Shown piece by piece: positions 17,256 to 27,417 of a stretch of 64,000 nt of DNA. The notes under the pieces are model-generated. The model was given only the letters and a program-made list of their open reading frames with translations. It ran no database searches and had not been told where the DNA came from. The stretch spans positions 928,001 to 992,000 of the forward strand of contig CAWIXE010000002.1 of the NCBI GenBank assembly GCA_963840035.1. Direction: 5' to 3'. Both the position numbers and the translations under genes were made by a program. The stretch is from a candidate division FCPU426 bacterium. GTDB taxonomy: Bacteria > Oederibacteriota > PGYV01 > Palsa-1178. Positions within the stretch are counted from its first letter, which is position 1. Every line of letters begins with the position of its first letter.

Positions 17256-17948
17256 TTATTTTTCTTTTGACAGCAATCCCTGCCCCAAAAAAACCGTTAC
17301 TGCCGCAAACATAAATATGGATAAAACCATTAAAATTATGGCCGCTTTTGGCGCAAACCACAGAAATGGTATGTTTGCTATGAACAGCAGTATGCTTCCG
17401 AAAACCGTATATGAAAACGCTTTCCATGTTTTAAAAAATGCAACGGCATATATAAAAAACGCTGTATAGGCAAGCGTAAATCCGGCTACGTCATATGACA
17501 AATACTTTAATGTTTCCACTTGCCTCAGATAAAGCATAACATCGGGAGAAATACCTGCCAAATGGCCCTGAAATCGATATATGCCGGCGCCAAAAACAGG
17601 CAAATTATTCATGATTTCCATAAGTAAAGATATCCCTAAAAGTGATTCCGCAAAAATCACAGCATAAGGATTTGAATCAAACTTCTTTACAGCAAACATA
17701 ACGCTGACCGGGAAGAATGAAAAAGCATATAACAATATCAGCATTGATTGAACCAAAGAAAAAACAGAATCTATCCCGGAACTATTTTGGGCCGCCGAAG
17801 GTATAAACCCTCCCGGGCTGACTTTTGGCATTACAACAATATAGGAAATACCATATCCGACAAGACCAATAACGGTAAGTATTCCAAGCATGTAAAAAAC
17901 TTTTTTAAACATTTCACTACGTTCGGCATTATTGTCCTTTGCTTTCAT
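17256..17948 (-). CDS. Multi-pass membrane protein of unknown function
   Basis: About 6 hydrophobic segments. Confidence 0.65.
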   Translation of the reverse strand: MKAKDNNAERSEMFKKVFYMLGILTVIGLVGYGISYIVVMPKVSPGGFIPSAAQNSSGIDSVFSLVQSMLILLYAFSFFPVSVMFAVKKFDSNPYAVIFAESLLGISLLMEIMNNLPVFGAGIYRFQGHLAGISPDVMLYLRQVETLKYLSYDVAGFTLAYTAFFIYAVAFFKTWKAFSYTVFGSILLFIANIPFLWFAPKAAIILMVLSIFMFAAVTVFLGQGLLSKEK

Positions 17949-18163
17949 TGCATCATGCTCCTTGAATAAATTGTCCGGCTTAAAGTAAAAAGTGTCCGGT
18001 GTCAGACCTTGCTTAGAGCATTAATAATTTTAATTTGCTTTGTATATACTCCAAACAGGGTCTGACGCCTTCCGCATTTGCGGCCCGCCTGCCGAAGGCA
18101 CCACAAGGGGGGGTGGCAATTTGCCCCCACCCTTTCAGAAATCCACAACACTGCCTTAAATCT

Positions 18164-18218
18164 CCAACACCGTGCCCTGACATTAGATATTCTAGCAAAA
18201 TCCGCTATATTTTATTGA
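18164..18218 (-). repeat. Cassette-boundary repeat copy 10 (degenerate)
   Basis: ccaacaccgtgccctgacattagatattctagcaaaatccgctatattttattga. Confidence 0.7.
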
Positions 18219-18284
18219 AATTTATTCTAAATCTTATGTTACCCATAAAATTAATTTACAAGGTCCGATACCCACAATTTCATT

Positions 18285-18923
18285 CTATAACTTAACCGCC
18301 TTAAACGCGATTCTTACTTTCACAGTCTTTGGTTTTTTAGCCTTCCTGTAGCTAATCCCATCCTTATTTAAGACACCAATCTTCACTCCTGCATTATAAG
18401 ACAATTCCTCCACAGTCACCGCCCCTGTCTGTTCAATAACTTTCCTAAGCACAGCCGAGCACCCTTCGGCGTCGCTTTTTGCGTCGTGGTGGTTTAGTTT
18501 GTGTCTGACATGTTTGCACACTGTGGGTAGTTTGTGGTTTTCGAGCTGTTTCCACAGCTTCTGTGTCAGCTTGCAGGTGCAGATGAATTCTGTTTCAGGG
18601 AGATCAAGCGCGTAAAGATTGACAAGCGCGCGGAGCACCTTTGAATCAAAAACGGCAAAATGGGCGGCAAGGGTCGAGCTGGCAAATAGAGGCTTCATTT
18701 TTCCGTATATTTCAGGAAATTCAGGCTTATTTCTGACATGGGAAGGTTTTATGCCGTGTATGCTGATAAAATCATGCCTGAACTCCGAGTAGTCCACATG
18801 GGGCCGTATTAATGAGGATCCGGATTCCAGTAATTTTCCATCTTCCAAAAGCGCATACCCGATGGAACAAGCGCTTTCCGGATTATAATTGGCTGTTTCA
18901 AAATCAATACAAAGAACCCGCAT
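18285..18923 (-). CDS. DEDDh 3'-5' exonuclease (DNA polymerase III epsilon-like)
   Basis: IDFETAN, AAHFAVFD, HHDAKSDA motifs. Confidence 0.9.
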   Translation of the reverse strand: MRVLCIDFETANYNPESACSIGYALLEDGKLLESGSSLIRPHVDYSEFRHDFISIHGIKPSHVRNKPEFPEIYGKMKPLFASSTLAAHFAVFDSKVLRALVNLYALDLPETEFICTCKLTQKLWKQLENHKLPTVCKHVRHKLNHHDAKSDAEGCSAVLRKVIEQTGAVTVEELSYNAGVKIGVLNKDGISYRKAKKPKTVKVRIAFKAVKL

Positions 18924-19074
18924 AAACCCTCCATTGTTCTGGTATATGAAACTTGGGGCGATGCTCTAGCCGTTAGTTCCCCTTCCGACATGTTCTTCGC
19001 ACATCACGGTTTTTGTGGATATGCTTTTAAATGAAATCCCTGTGTCATTATACGGAGATATAATTATCAACACA

Positions 19075-19254
19075 AAAAAGGCGTCAGGGCCTGATTCATG
19101 ATTCTATCCTTCGACAGGCTCAGGATTCTGCCGCAGGCATGCCTATCACGCATATTTGTCTTATGGATTGTTTGAAAAGAATCTGCCCCGTCATTCCGGT
19201 TAAGCATCATAGCTCCCGTTTATATTAGTATGCCCCACAAGCCATCCTACCACA
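19075..19254. repeat. About 185-bp dispersed repeat, copy B
   Basis: Aligns with 12187-12375. Followed by palindrome gttattgcacactt/aagtgtgcaataac (19287-19331). Confidence 0.85.
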
Positions 19255-19480
19255 CCCACACCCCCAATACAACCCCACCCCTCAACGTTATTGCACACTT
19301 TGGGGTCAGCCCCCCCCAAGTGTGCAATAACCATTCTTGAGCCCTATTATAACACTTGATCGAAAATATTTCAATTTTGACATCAATCCCATTATAACAA
19401 CTTGACTGAATGCGGGAAATGCTATAACATAAAAAACATCAAATTATTCCCATAATTTTATTATGAATACGGGGGCTCAA

Positions 19481-20779
19481 ATGAAAAAGACGATACATTT
19501 GTTAATAGTTTTATCACTCATGTTTTTGGTGTTGGCATCCTGCGGCAAAAAGAATAATCCTGCCGCGCCGTCGGTTAACCCCACATTAACACAAACACTG
19601 CGCGATACAGGGACACCTACCTTTACCCGGTCAGTCACGGATTCCCCCACTGAAACCGCAACACGCACGAGCACTCCGCCGGCTACCGGGACATACACGA
19701 ATACGCCGACAGCTACCGGCACTGACACATTTACGCTGACAGCTACCGATACATATACTGTTACCACGACCGGCACCGAAACCCTGACATTTACAGAAAC
19801 AGCCACTTTTTCACCGACATCCACCCCTACCAGGACAAACACGATTACAAACACGCCTAACGCGACCCAGACAGCGGCGGCCCAGCTCACCGCTGAGGCC
19901 CGGCAGACCGTGGTCATTGGATTGCCGTATACTTCATTTGCTTCGGTGCCCGGCGGGACTTTCGTACAGGCAGCCCCGGGTTCTAGCTTCACCCATACGG
20001 TTTCATCTTTTTACATGTCCAAGTATGAAGTGACTTATGAACTTTGGTACGAAGTATATATGTGGGCATTAAGTAACGGGTATGTCTTTAATAACCTGGC
20101 CCATGAAGGAAGTGTCGGGTATTCCGGAGGGGTTCCGACGTCAAGAAAGCTTGAGCCCGTAACCTGGGTTACATGGAGAAGCGCAATTGTCTGGTGCAAC
20201 GCGTACAGCCAGATGACAGGCCGCACGCCAGTGTATTATTCTGACGCGGGGTTTACAACTCTTATAAAGAATTCAACAGCCGGGACTTACAGCGGTTCTG
20301 TTAATACCACACCCGGGAGTTTTGACAATCCTTACGTAAACTGGTCCTGCGACGGTTTCCGCCTTCCGACAGAGGGCGAATGGCAATTCGCGGCAAGATA
20401 CATAGACGGCACAACCTGGACCCCGTATACATACGTATCCGGCGACTCAGCGCCGAGCAGTTCGTCCGCAACCATTGGCGATTATTGCTGGTATTCAGGA
20501 AACTCGGGAAACACCAGCCACGACGTCGGGACAAAGCTGCCCAATGCACTTGGCATATATGACATGTCAGGAAATGCCTATGAATGGTGCTTTGATTTCT
20601 ATGGAAATTATCCCGGCACTTCCACGGATTATAAGGGGGCCGCGGCCAACAACCTTCGCTCCATATTGGGCGAACATTTCTGGGACGACGCCCAATACAT
20701 GTATGTGGGCATGCGCAGCAACGTCTATGCATGGGGCGCGAATCACATTATAACCATACGGCTAGCAAGGACTCAGTAA
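19481..20779 (+). CDS. Lipoprotein with Thr-rich stalk and SUMF1/FGE-sulfatase (CLec-fold) domain
   Basis: LASC-GKKNNPAAP, MSKYEVT, FRLPTEGEWQFAAR, PNALGIYDMSGNAYEWC. Confidence 0.9.
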   Translation: MKKTIHLLIVLSLMFLVLASCGKKNNPAAPSVNPTLTQTLRDTGTPTFTRSVTDSPTETATRTSTPPATGTYTNTPTATGTDTFTLTATDTYTVTTTGTETLTFTETATFSPTSTPTRTNTITNTPNATQTAAAQLTAEARQTVVIGLPYTSFASVPGGTFVQAAPGSSFTHTVSSFYMSKYEVTYELWYEVYMWALSNGYVFNNLAHEGSVGYSGGVPTSRKLEPVTWVTWRSAIVWCNAYSQMTGRTPVYYSDAGFTTLIKNSTAGTYSGSVNTTPGSFDNPYVNWSCDGFRLPTEGEWQFAARYIDGTTWTPYTYVSGDSAPSSSSATIGDYCWYSGNSGNTSHDVGTKLPNALGIYDMSGNAYEWCFDFYGNYPGTSTDYKGAAANNLRSILGEHFWDDAQYMYVGMRSNVYAWGANHIITIRLARTQ

Positions 20780-20834
20780 TAGGACAACGATTTCAACCAT
20801 TGTCTGCCGTTTTTAAAAGACGCCAGTAAGTTTA

Positions 20835-21028
20835 GTGCCAGACCCCGGGTTAACAGCTAATAACCAAGTAATGGCCGCGGTGAGTGTTCCCCGCCGGGCC
20901 CTTATCCGAAGTACGTGCTGAAAACAAAGAATGGCACCAGGCCATGGGTTAATGGTTATAAATCACTTAATAACAGCTGAACCGGAATAGCTTTTATCGG
21001 CTATTAACCCGGGGTCTGGCGCCATTTT
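20835..21028. repeat. REPIN-like inverted repeat, family A
   Basis: gtgccagaccccgggttaacagc ... gctattaacccggggtctggcgccatttt, with a third arm at 20930-20953. Lies between convergent genes. Confidence 0.8.
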
Positions 21029-21030
21029 AA

Positions 21031-22935
21031 TCACTTTAAAATTATAGCCACCTTCGGTTTTGAATACGCCTTTTCAGGGCCGTCCTCCGCATAAACTGAT
21101 ATGTAATAACTTCCGGCACTGAGCCCGCCGAGTTTTCGCTTCGGCAGTGTAAGCACGGTGTCACGCAGGAAATATCCTTTATATGCCTGATCTATTACGA
21201 GCCTAAAGGATGTTGTGTATATCCTGACATGAATCATGGACGCGTGACGCGTCACATCAAACTTCACCATCAAATCCGCATGCTGACTGACGGGATTTGG
21301 GAACAAAATAACATCAACTATTTCAAACTTTTCTTTTTCCTCCGCCGTGGGTACGGCAGTGGCCGTCCCTGTCGGCATCGGCGATGGTGTCAGCGTCATG
21401 GTTCCGGAAAAAACAGCCGTAAATGTGGGCGTTGCGGTAAATGAAGATGCCGCTGTCCGAGTTGCTGTCATTGTATTAATCTGCGTGCCTGTCGGCAATA
21501 ATGTCGGCGTGGATGTGCGTGTGGCTGTAAATGACGGCACCACCGTCAACGTGAACGTGGCAGTCGTAAGCACAGCCGTAAAAGTCGCGCTTTCAACCGC
21601 TGTGGCTGTCATGCTTGGCACAGTTGTATTCGTCAGTGAAGGCGTAGCCGTATGTGTGGCTGTATTAACCGGGCTTACGGTCAGTGTCGGCGACTGGGAT
21701 TGCGTTGCTGTTTCTGTATAGGTTGAACTCGGGGACACTGTATTTATGTACGTCCCTGTTACGGTAAACGTAGGCGTAAAAATCCCGGATGTATGCGTTG
21801 ACGTTGCCTCCGCTGTCCTTGTATAAGTGCGCGTAACCGTGTTCGTGTAAGTGGCTGTAGGAGGAGCAGGTGTCTGAGTGTGCGTAGATGTACCGGTAGT
21901 AGACCCCGTGATTGTACATGTCGGCGTACCTGTAATTGTGTTTGTCGGTGTACCTGTCTTTGTGCTTGTTGCCGTAACTGTCTTCGTGCTTGTCGCCGTA
22001 CCTGTCTTCGTGCTTGTCGCCGTACCTGTCTTCGTGCTTGTCGCCGTACCTGTCTTTGTGCTTGTCGCCGTACCTGTTGATGTAAACGTGGCTGTGATCA
22101 CGGGCGTCGCCGTACGCGTGCGCGTCCTTGTTATTGTTGCGGATGGCACGCAGCCGGCCGGTATTGTCCCGTTGAAACCTGTATTATACTGGTCTGTAAT
22201 CGCGAGCACGAGGTAGCCGTTCTTTATCACCGCGTTCTGCGGTATAAAGTCGCACTCATTCTCGGCAAAAGTGTGTGTGGCAGCCTGCCACCTGGATGTG
22301 TTAAATGTGTCAAAATCATCCTTCCACTGCAGGGTAAAATTATTGCCGGTGCCGTAATTTCCGCTGCCCGGAGTATATGAGTAATACGACGCGTAATCAT
22401 AATAGGCGTATGCCGGCAAGGAAGCCGGGTCAAAAGCGCCTGCCCAGGACGCCAGGTTTGTGGCCCAGTGGTTGAGCATGAATTTTTGGGTAAAAGTCAG
22501 TTCCGCTATATGGCTCCCCGAATCCCTGTACACCTCGGCGCCGTCTATAAACCACGCCACATATGAAGGCGTCCATTCAACCGCATAAACTATGAAGCAT
22601 TTTGTAGGGTCGGTTCCCAGCATTTGTATGTGTTCATGCATGGTGTGGTTATAGGTAATGGCATTGAACTGAACGCGGTCATTGTAAAGTCCCAGCACCT
22701 CAACGTCCAGTTCGTTCCACTGTGGAGTGGTGAAGTTGTCATCATTGAATGTAAACATAGTGGACAATATGCCGCTCTTGTTCGAAGCAAGCATCCGCAT
22801 TTCAAATCTTCCATATTTATATGATGTTGTCGTCCTGATTTCAGCCGCCTTGTAATTCTTCGCGTATGCCGGCTGTGAGGCCAAAATAAATAAAACCAGA
22901 GTAACGAACCACAGAACCTTCCTGCTCTTTGCCAT
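21031..22935 (-). CDS. GH16 beta-glucanase with long Thr-rich linker and T9SS-CTD-like C-terminus
   Basis: KYGRFEMRM, WNELDVEVLG catalytic motif, YAVEWTP. Terminal FPNPV...LSAGSYYI...KVAIILK. Confidence 0.9.
   Translation of the reverse strand: MAKSRKVLWFVTLVLFILASQPAYAKNYKAAEIRTTTSYKYGRFEMRMLASNKSGILSTMFTFNDDNFTTPQWNELDVEVLGLYNDRVQFNAITYNHTMHEHIQMLGTDPTKCFIVYAVEWTPSYVAWFIDGAEVYRDSGSHIAELTFTQKFMLNHWATNLASWAGAFDPASLPAYAYYDYASYYSYTPGSGNYGTGNNFTLQWKDDFDTFNTSRWQAATHTFAENECDFIPQNAVIKNGYLVLAITDQYNTGFNGTIPAGCVPSATITRTRTRTATPVITATFTSTGTATSTKTGTATSTKTGTATSTKTGTATSTKTVTATSTKTGTPTNTITGTPTCTITGSTTGTSTHTQTPAPPTATYTNTVTRTYTRTAEATSTHTSGIFTPTFTVTGTYINTVSPSSTYTETATQSQSPTLTVSPVNTATHTATPSLTNTTVPSMTATAVESATFTAVLTTATFTLTVVPSFTATRTSTPTLLPTGTQINTMTATRTAASSFTATPTFTAVFSGTMTLTPSPMPTGTATAVPTAEEKEKFEIVDVILFPNPVSQHADLMVKFDVTRHASMIHVRIYTTSFRLVIDQAYKGYFLRDTVLTLPKRKLGGLSAGSYYISVYAEDGPEKAYSKPKVAIILK
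21950..22077 (-). repeat. 24-bp coding tandem repeat, 5.3 units (TGTATSTK)
   Basis: gtacctgtcttcgtgcttgtcgcc repeated. Confidence 0.9.
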
Positions 22936-23240
22936 ATTTTCTCCTTAATCATTCTGATACCAAGCGGCTTAATTACAGGTTACCGGTAAACTTACGGGCC
23001 AAAAAAAATCCTATATCCGTCATCTTCCCTAAAATTTGTAAGTGGTAATATACTGTGATAGCCGTAACATTTAACCAGCTGTCATCCCCGCTCCCGGTTA
23101 TACTAATAAACTATATTCTGAATTTTACCACACCGAAGCCTTAATTTCAACCTATAACACCCTGCGTAACAATACAAACAAATGAAAAAGGGTGTAAGAT
23201 GATGATTCAGTCCGCCTCCCGATTTACAAAACGGGATTGA

Positions 23241-23702
23241 CTACTCTTTAAGCATTTTTTCCAGCTCTTCAAACTCCTTTATCATATCCCCGGTGCTTAT
23301 CGTTCTTTCCGGGGCCTGGCCGTGCGCACCCACGCCCGCGTTAAACGCGTAAGCAAGGCACGTATTGTAGATGTTAATGTCATCTAATAGGCGGTTTACA
23401 GCCTCTTTTTTCTTTCCGGTTATGCCCGCTTTCCTAAGGGCTAACATGTCCCGGGTCTGCAGCCAGTGCTGTATTTCCCACTGCGCCTTTATCATACCCT
23501 CTGTTTCATTGCCCGTCTTCCTGATAAGTGCATCGCAGTTATAAAGGAATAAGAGGTTTTCTTTGCATTCCAGTATGGTATCTATGGTCAGGGTTTTTAT
23601 GGCCCTGTATTTTTGAAATTCCTGGTAACCCACAAACGCCGCGAATACGGCTAATAAAATCAAAACTACTTTAAGAACGGTTTTTCCATGCATTGAAGCC
23701 AC
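23241..23702 (-). CDS. Hypothetical protein with N-terminal membrane anchor
   Basis: Co-oriented ORF with GAGG RBS and one TM. Confidence 0.6.
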   Translation of the reverse strand: MASMHGKTVLKVVLILLAVFAAFVGYQEFQKYRAIKTLTIDTILECKENLLFLYNCDALIRKTGNETEGMIKAQWEIQHWLQTRDMLALRKAGITGKKKEAVNRLLDDINIYNTCLAYAFNAGVGAHGQAPERTISTGDMIKEFEELEKMLKE

Positions 23703-23706
23703 CTCT

Positions 23707-24093
23707 TCATTTATCAGAATTTTCCTGATTTTCAGTCTCTGGGGCCTTTTTCTTTTGCCTCACAATTAAAAACATGCCAACTACCATCAGCACCATACTT
23801 ATAATGGACGCGGCGCCCTTGATGACATAATATGCCGAGAGCACTTCCTGCATCTTTGGGTTTGTAAGGTCGGTAAATGTCCGGGATATGCCCGGGACGA
23901 ACAGCATTGACGGTATATAGTTAAGCAGGCTTATGGCAGACGCGATAAGCACGAGCATAAAGCCGGAGTTGGATTTTTGTCTCCAGCCGATAAAACACGC
24001 TATAATCAGGAGGATGTAGAGTGTGACCCAGAGCAGGTAGTTAAGCCAGTAGCCAAGGTGAAACAGAGTAACAATAGAACCCATGTTTTCCAT
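23707..24093 (-). CDS. Small 3-TM membrane protein
   Basis: GGAGG RBS and hydrophobic helices. Confidence 0.65.
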   Translation of the reverse strand: MENMGSIVTLFHLGYWLNYLLWVTLYILLIIACFIGWRQKSNSGFMLVLIASAISLLNYIPSMLFVPGISRTFTDLTNPKMQEVLSAYYVIKGAASIISMVLMVVGMFLIVRQKKKAPETENQENSDK

Positions 24094-24112
24094 AAGAACC
24101 TCCGGTAAGGCT

Positions 24113-24941
24113 AATTAACAATTAATAATTTACAATTAACAATTTTCGTCTATCGCGCCGGGGCGCGATTGATTTGGGCTTTACAACTAACCTTACTTCT
24201 AACCTGTAGAGAGGGGGCTTGCTCCCTCTCTATGTTGGCATTAGAACAACTACCTTTTTCACCCTGCAACGTTTAGAGGGGGCAAGCCCCCTCTCTACAA
24301 AATCTAAATATGTTTAAGGGCAATTAACAATTAATAATTTACAATTAATAATTTTCGTCAATCGCGCCGGGGCGCGATTGATTTGGGCTTTACAACTAAC
24401 CTTGCTTCTAACCTGTAGAGAGGGGGCTTGCTCCCTCTCTATGTTGGCATTAGAACAACTACCTTTTTCACCCTGCAACGTTTAGAGGGGGCAAGCCCCC
24501 TCTCTACAAAATCTAAATATGTTTAAGGGCAATTAACAATTAATAATTTACAATTAACAATTTTCGTCTATCGCGCCGGGGCGCGATTGATTTGGGCTTT
24601 ACAACTAACCTTGCTTCTAACCTGTAGAGAGGGGGCTTGCTCCCTCTCTATGTTGGCATTAGAACAACTACCTTTTTCACCCTGCAACGTTTAGAGGGGG
24701 CAAGCCCCCTCTCTACAAAATCTAAATATGTTTAAGGGCAATTAACAATTAATAATTTACAATTAACAATTTTCGTCTATCGCGCCGGGGCGCGATTGAT
24801 TTGGGCTTTACAACTAACCTTGCTTCTAACCTGTAGAGAGGGGGCTTGCTCCCTCTCTATGTTGGCATTAGAACAACTACCTTTTTCACCCTGCAACGTT
24901 TAGAGGGGGCAAGCCCCCTCTCTACAAAATCTAAATATGTT
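24113..24941. repeat. Tandem array of four near-identical 209-bp units, each with a GTAG-type REP doublet (BIME/REPIN-like)
   Basis: Units start at 24113, 24322, 24531 and 24740. Each has a heptamer run (caattaa)n, hairpin atcgcgcc/ggcgcgat, GTAGAGAGGGGGCTTGCTCCCTCTCTA and its inverted partner. Confidence 0.95.
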
Positions 24942-24983
24942 AGTGCCGGCGCATAACTCCGGTCTGTAAACAGATCCAAATAT

Positions 24984-26441
24984 TTATGGCATGTATATAT
25001 ATTCAAAATTTATCCTGTAACCTATATTCTCAAGCGGTGCGCAGGTTGGCGGGGCGGCTTTTATGTAGTAAGTCCCGTCTGTGGATATGGTCAGATACGT
25101 TTGCGCGTCGATTATTGCCATGGACGAGTTATAAAGCGTAAGGACCGGGTTTACCGCGGAGGTTGAATCCGTTGTCGAGAGGTTTATGTATGAAGAATAA
25201 TCCAGGACAACCTCAATCTTTATCCAATCCTCGTCACACGCGCCGTCAAAGGTATGCTGCTGGTAAAAGTATACATTGTCTCCGGGCGCCACGAAATCCT
25301 CCACTATATTCACTGTGGCTTGTGTATCGTCCCCTGCGCCCTGTTCATATATATCCGGCTGGTTTACTGCCACCGTAGACGTGGCCGTGGCTGTGGGCGT
25401 GGCTGTTCTGGTCGCGGTTGAAGTCCTGGTTATGGTGGCCGATGGAAGCGGATTGCCTATGGATATGGTATAAAGTTTCTCCATGGCAGTGCCGCATGAC
25501 GCGTCCATCACCTTTAAACGCATTACCACGCAGTCGGCCGGCACTGTCACATCAAAATCCCCGGCAGGATAAGGGACGGGGGTTGTATCCGTCTCGTTGC
25601 TGCTGTTAAAAAAGAAGACGCTGCATGTGTTGTTAAACGCCGCGCTCTTATTTGTGAATCTCACCGGAATAACCTGCCCGGGGGTTGTTTCCAGGCTCAT
25701 GGTGTCTGCATCGCAGTAATTGTGAAAACTGTGGTTCTCGGCCACTCCGGATACGACATAACGGTATGAACCGTTGTCGTTCTCATACATATCGGCGGTG
25801 CCGTTTATGAAAATCGTAGGCGTCATAGTCGGGGTCTGTATTAATTCGCCTATGGTTACCGAATAGCTTTTATCCCCGGCATCAGAACAGGCCCCTTCCT
25901 GCAGCGACACGCAGAAATAACCACAATCCGCCGGCACTGTTACGTCAAAGTCGGTGTTATTAAAATTACCAGCCGCAACATAGGTTCCTGTATTGTAGTT
26001 GTAAAACATGACCGAACACGAGAAATAAAGAGCAGCCCCTTTATTTGTAAATCTAACCGGCACCTCCTGCCCCGGGCTTACCAGGAGCTGCATGTTGTCA
26101 TGGTCGCACATTCCGTCGCCGCTAAAAGTGTGATTCTCCGTTACCCCCGGAGTTACAAACCTGAAGTAATCCGGGTCGTCGTCCGAATCGTCCTCATAAA
26201 TATCCGGTTCATTTAAATACCGTGTCTCCGTCGGCGTAATTGTTACCGTGGGAGATAATGTCACAGAAGGAGAAAACGTTGATGTAATTAAGGGATCAAC
26301 CTGTGTCGCAGTCATACTCGCAGTCAAAGTCGCTGTAGAAACCGAGGCCCCGGGAGACGCCGGGCTGTTCTTGCCGCATGATGAGACAAATACTAACACG
26401 TTCAAAACCACCGCCGTCATTACAAGTATCCCTTTTTTCAT
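24984..26441 (-). CDS. Lipoprotein with Thr-rich linkers and three repeated beta-sandwich (PPC-like) domains
   Basis: VSSC-GKNSPASP and repeats DIYE...ENHTF...CD.D...DFDVTVPADC. ATG at 26441. Confidence 0.75.
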   Translation of the reverse strand: MKKGILVMTAVVLNVLVFVSSCGKNSPASPGASVSTATLTASMTATQVDPLITSTFSPSVTLSPTVTITPTETRYLNEPDIYEDDSDDDPDYFRFVTPGVTENHTFSGDGMCDHDNMQLLVSPGQEVPVRFTNKGAALYFSCSVMFYNYNTGTYVAAGNFNNTDFDVTVPADCGYFCVSLQEGACSDAGDKSYSVTIGELIQTPTMTPTIFINGTADMYENDNGSYRYVVSGVAENHSFHNYCDADTMSLETTPGQVIPVRFTNKSAAFNNTCSVFFFNSSNETDTTPVPYPAGDFDVTVPADCVVMRLKVMDASCGTAMEKLYTISIGNPLPSATITRTSTATRTATPTATATSTVAVNQPDIYEQGAGDDTQATVNIVEDFVAPGDNVYFYQQHTFDGACDEDWIKIEVVLDYSSYINLSTTDSTSAVNPVLTLYNSSMAIIDAQTYLTISTDGTYYIKAAPPTCAPLENIGYRINFEYIYMP

Positions 26442-26477
26442 TTTTCCCCCAATAGTATAATTCGTTAACCCCAACTG

Positions 26478-26660
26478 TAAGGGCAATTAACAATTTTCGT
26501 CTATCGCGCTGTGGCGCGATTGATTTGGACTTAACAACTTACCTTACATCTAACCTGTAGAGAGGGGGCTTGCTCCCTCTCTATGTTGGCATTAGAACAA
26601 CTACCTTTATCACCCTGCAACGTTTAGAGGGGGCAAGCCCCCTCTCTACAAGATCTAAAT
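26478..26660. repeat. Solitary diverged copy of the 209-bp unit
   Basis: Same REP doublet and spacer as the 24113 array. A further partial copy lies at 27459-27570. Confidence 0.9.
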
Positions 26661-26679
26661 ACGTATTAAAAACTTCGTT

Positions 26680-27417
26680 TTAATATAACTGCACCATGTC
26701 TATCATGAAATCATCGCTCCACTGCGAATTACCCGACGCTGATATGGCGTACATGTCCCATTCAAATCTCCTGACTTCCGTCAATATCTGGCTTACGGTC
26801 TGGGGATGGCTGCCGGTAAATGAATCAAAGGCAAAACCCTGGGTTAACTCGGCAAAATTTATGTTGAACTGCTGCCACGTGAGCGGCGCGGTTATTACAA
26901 ATTCCTTCCTGTACCTTGACTTTATGCCCTGGTCCTGCTCTGTCTGGGACCCGAGGGCAAAACTAAAGTGCATATCCTTATTGTAAAGCGAAGTCGTGGA
27001 AACGCTTGAATAGGCGTAAAAGCTGATGCCGGAGTATGCCGATATGTCCGCGGCATATGTCACGGTGGTATACATGCCGGTAAAACCGTATTGTAATGAA
27101 GGCGGGTAAACTATACTGGTAAAAATTAACTGATTTGTTATCTTTGCGCAGCCCGCAGTGGAGCCAGGGGCTCCGCCTGACGCCATAAATGTGCTTGATG
27201 ATATATTTGAATTGGCGTTTGTAAGGCCCAGGTCCACGTCGTCAAAAGCGTACCAGCTGCCGCCGAGTAAATTTTGCGAATTACCATCTTCGCAATCGTC
27301 AATAAGCAAAGGTGCCGGGCCGGCCGGCCCCGGATTAGTGCCTTTATTATCGCTTGTGCATCCAAAAAATAACGCTGAAACCAATAGTGCCGCTGCCAGG
27401 AAATGGATCTTTTTCAT
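26680..27417 (-). CDS. Lipoprotein with CBM11/CIA30-like domain
   Basis: FFGC lipobox, LIDDCEDGNSQNLLGGSWY, DISAYSGISFYA, IDMVQLY. Confidence 0.75.
   Translation of the reverse strand: MKKIHFLAAALLVSALFFGCTSDNKGTNPGPAGPAPLLIDDCEDGNSQNLLGGSWYAFDDVDLGLTNANSNISSSTFMASGGAPGSTAGCAKITNQLIFTSIVYPPSLQYGFTGMYTTVTYAADISAYSGISFYAYSSVSTTSLYNKDMHFSFALGSQTEQDQGIKSRYRKEFVITAPLTWQQFNINFAELTQGFAFDSFTGSHPQTVSQILTEVRRFEWDMYAISASGNSQWSDDFMIDMVQLY

Noticed and set aside
1851..18218. Classical integron with attC sites
   Set aside because: A GTT triplet sits at the boundary, but there is no complementary RYYYAAC box after upstream stops, no long palindrome and no integrase in the window. It cannot be fully excluded without a covariance search.
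19481..20779. Diversity-generating retroelement target
   Set aside because: The CLec/FGE fold is a known DGR target and its C-terminus is divergent, but no template repeat or reverse transcriptase is visible here.
21347..22216. Val-rich plus-strand ORFs (also near 3700, 4387 and 16360, and minus-strand 19477-19992)
   Set aside because: Antisense shadows of Thr-rich linker codons.
24113..24941. CRISPR array
   Set aside because: Units are 209 bp with identical internal sequence, there are no unique spacers, and no cas genes are in the window.
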